From Paraspadella gotoi (Eukaryota; Animalia; Chaetognatha), in the NCBI GenBank assembly GCA_051294375.1, contig CM119266.1, positions 18,408,087-18,472,086 of the forward strand: a stretch of DNA of 64,000 nucleotides. The letters are read 5' to 3'. Below the pieces are notes generated by a model. The model was not told the DNA's origin. It did not search any database and was given only the letters and a program-made list of their open reading frames with translations. The translations under genes were made by a program, and so were the position numbers. Each line of letters opens with the position of its first letter. Within the stretch, counting starts at the first letter, position 1. This document shows, one piece after another, positions 62,318-64,000 of the stretch.

Positions 62318-63297
62318 TCAGTAAAAAACCAAATACTCCGGGTAGGCTTGGGAGTTTTCGAAGATAATGATCATGTTCTTATTACTACCGGAGCAAGAGT
62401 TGTGGAGACCTTTGAGCTTGTCTCCAGGATCGATTGGAGGGGGGCGCTTCATGCCAGTATATCCACGACAGCTCAGCCCGGCGACGACGCGTGCATCGGG
62501 TCTGGAATATATGTATATATTTTTAAAATATTAGGAAAAATAATTGTCATATAAACACAACGCAGGAGGAACGGACCTTGGTGATAGGGCTCGGACCCAA
62601 ACTGGAATACGCTTGGGAGTAACGAGAGTGATCGGAAAAGTAGACGCTTTCGCCAAAGGCGCGAGCCCGACGACAGACGCGGAGATCGAATCCCTCCTGA
62701 ACGATACTGATGACGGCGTCGTGGTTAGTCCCGTGCCACATCATCCGTTCGCCGAGTTGAGCCACGCCCACTTGATTCTCCATGAATTTCCGCTGATAGA
62801 AGAACTTTTTCCACAGCGCGTGATTTTTCACGCGTTTGACGGCGAGAATTCGGGTATTGTTCTTCCAATGCAGCATTAGTTTGGCGAATTAGGGGGAAGA
62901 TGGGTCCACGTCGATGAGGGCGAATGTTGGAACGACTCTGCTGACGCCGGCACCGCTACCTTCGCTGTTGCTACCTCCTTTTTTTGCAGACTAATGAAGT
63001 AAAAAGAACAGAGGACTTAGCAAATGGTTAAGGCCCATTATTATGATTAGCCTATCATTAATATTTCAATAAACCTAAAATTATCCAAATCAATCAATTG
63101 GTCCTAACTTACCGGTTTAAAAATTCCGACCTCTCTCTTCAAGAAACCAGGTCGCTGCTGATCAGCTGACGTCGCCGTCGTCGTCGTCCAAGTATCGGGA
63201 TAAACGACTTCGTCTTTTCCGATTTCGTCGCTCTTCTCATCTTTCCCCCTTTTGATTTCGAGGAAAAGTTTTTTGCCGTCGTCCTCACTCATCGTTG
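62318..63297 (-). CDS. PARP (mono-ADP-ribosyltransferase, PARP11/12/TIPARP-like) catalytic domain exons; in-frame TAA at 62889-62891 and a phase problem at the last intron
   Basis: VVYPDTW; FALIDVDPSSP*FAKL; VKRVKNHALWKKF; ERMMWHGT..GFDLRVC..FGESVYFS..YSQAYS; ARVVAG..KRPPP; NSC..NMIIIFENSQAYPEYLVFY*. Confidence 0.85.
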
Positions 63298-63622
63298 CTT
63301 TTAAATTTTTACTAATATATGAACTATACCTCAAGAATAAAAGCAAGCCGAATAAATAATAGTAAGCGTGAAATAAGGAATGTACATTTTGTATAATTAC
63401 AAGGAAAATTAGATAAAAAAATATCAGTTACAAATTCAAATTATTTATCAAATAAATATTTTGATACGGGTAAATCCAATCGGTTGAAATATTTATTTAT
63501 TTTTAAAAACATTTTCCCTCTTTTTGTCCAGTATTCGAGTCGAGATTAACAGTTTCTGATTTTAAAAAGGCGAAATAATTAGGGTCAGACAGAGTGGGCC
63601 ATTGACAATGCTAGTAACTCAC

Positions 63623-63986
63623 TTTCTGACACTGTTTTTTCAGATTCCTGGTCAAGGATCCTTTCGGCCATCTCCATAAAGGCGCGATCAATATTTATAT
63701 TTTTATTAGAACTCGTTTCTGTTAAAAAGTTAAAAACTCAGAAATACATTTTTTTCGCGTTAAAAAACTTAAAAATCACCCAAAAAGTGAAGGTTGTTGT
63801 CTTTGGCAAAAACTTCCCCCATTTCTTTGGTCACCATGCGATATGATTCCTTATCGCAATTGTTGCCCAGCAGAACCTTCTCTACTTCCGTGTCCGTATG
63901 AGTGTTAACATCATCGAGCCACCATGAAATCACCTCAAATGTTTTTGTTTGGGTAATGTCATAAACGAAGAAAAAACCTTTAGCGC
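63623..63986 (-). CDS. Divergent Rab10/Rab8-family paralog, internal exons (5' part lies beyond the window)
   Basis: GAKGFFFVYDITQTKTFEVISWWLDDVNTHTDTEVEKVLLGNNCDKESYRMVTKEMGEVFAKDNNLHFL|ETSSNKNINIDRAFMEMAERILD; first two visible intron positions and phases are identical to the adjacent RAB10. Confidence 0.88.
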
Positions 63987-64000
63987 CTGATGTGTAAAAA

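Overview
Eukaryotic (metazoan-type) genomic window with short AT-rich GT-AG introns and GC-rich exons. Ten distinct protein-coding genes lie head-to-tail on the minus strand: NUDCD3, EEF2KMT, ASAH1, AQR, a triple U1/matrin zinc-finger gene, a DEDDy 3'-5' exonuclease, NDUFA7, TMEM94, RAB10, and a divergent Rab10 duplicate that appears to splice into a PARP catalytic domain. The only plus-strand gene, RSPH14, is nested inside a TMEM94 intron. A ~14.4-kb ASAH1+AQR block occurs twice, either side of a 25-N gap, most likely as two uncollapsed haplotypes with many 1-bp indel errors. Introns carry TTAA-flanked (Kolobok-like) and other MITEs, two minimal hammerhead ribozyme cores, tRNA-SINE-like heads and a hairpin/pseudoknot-rich repeat family at three loci. 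The most notable candidates are the Rab-PARP chimeric gene, an operon-like co-oriented gene cluster with candidate trans-splice acceptors, and the structured repeat family. Gene identities come from manual exon translation and recalled family motifs; no database searches were run.
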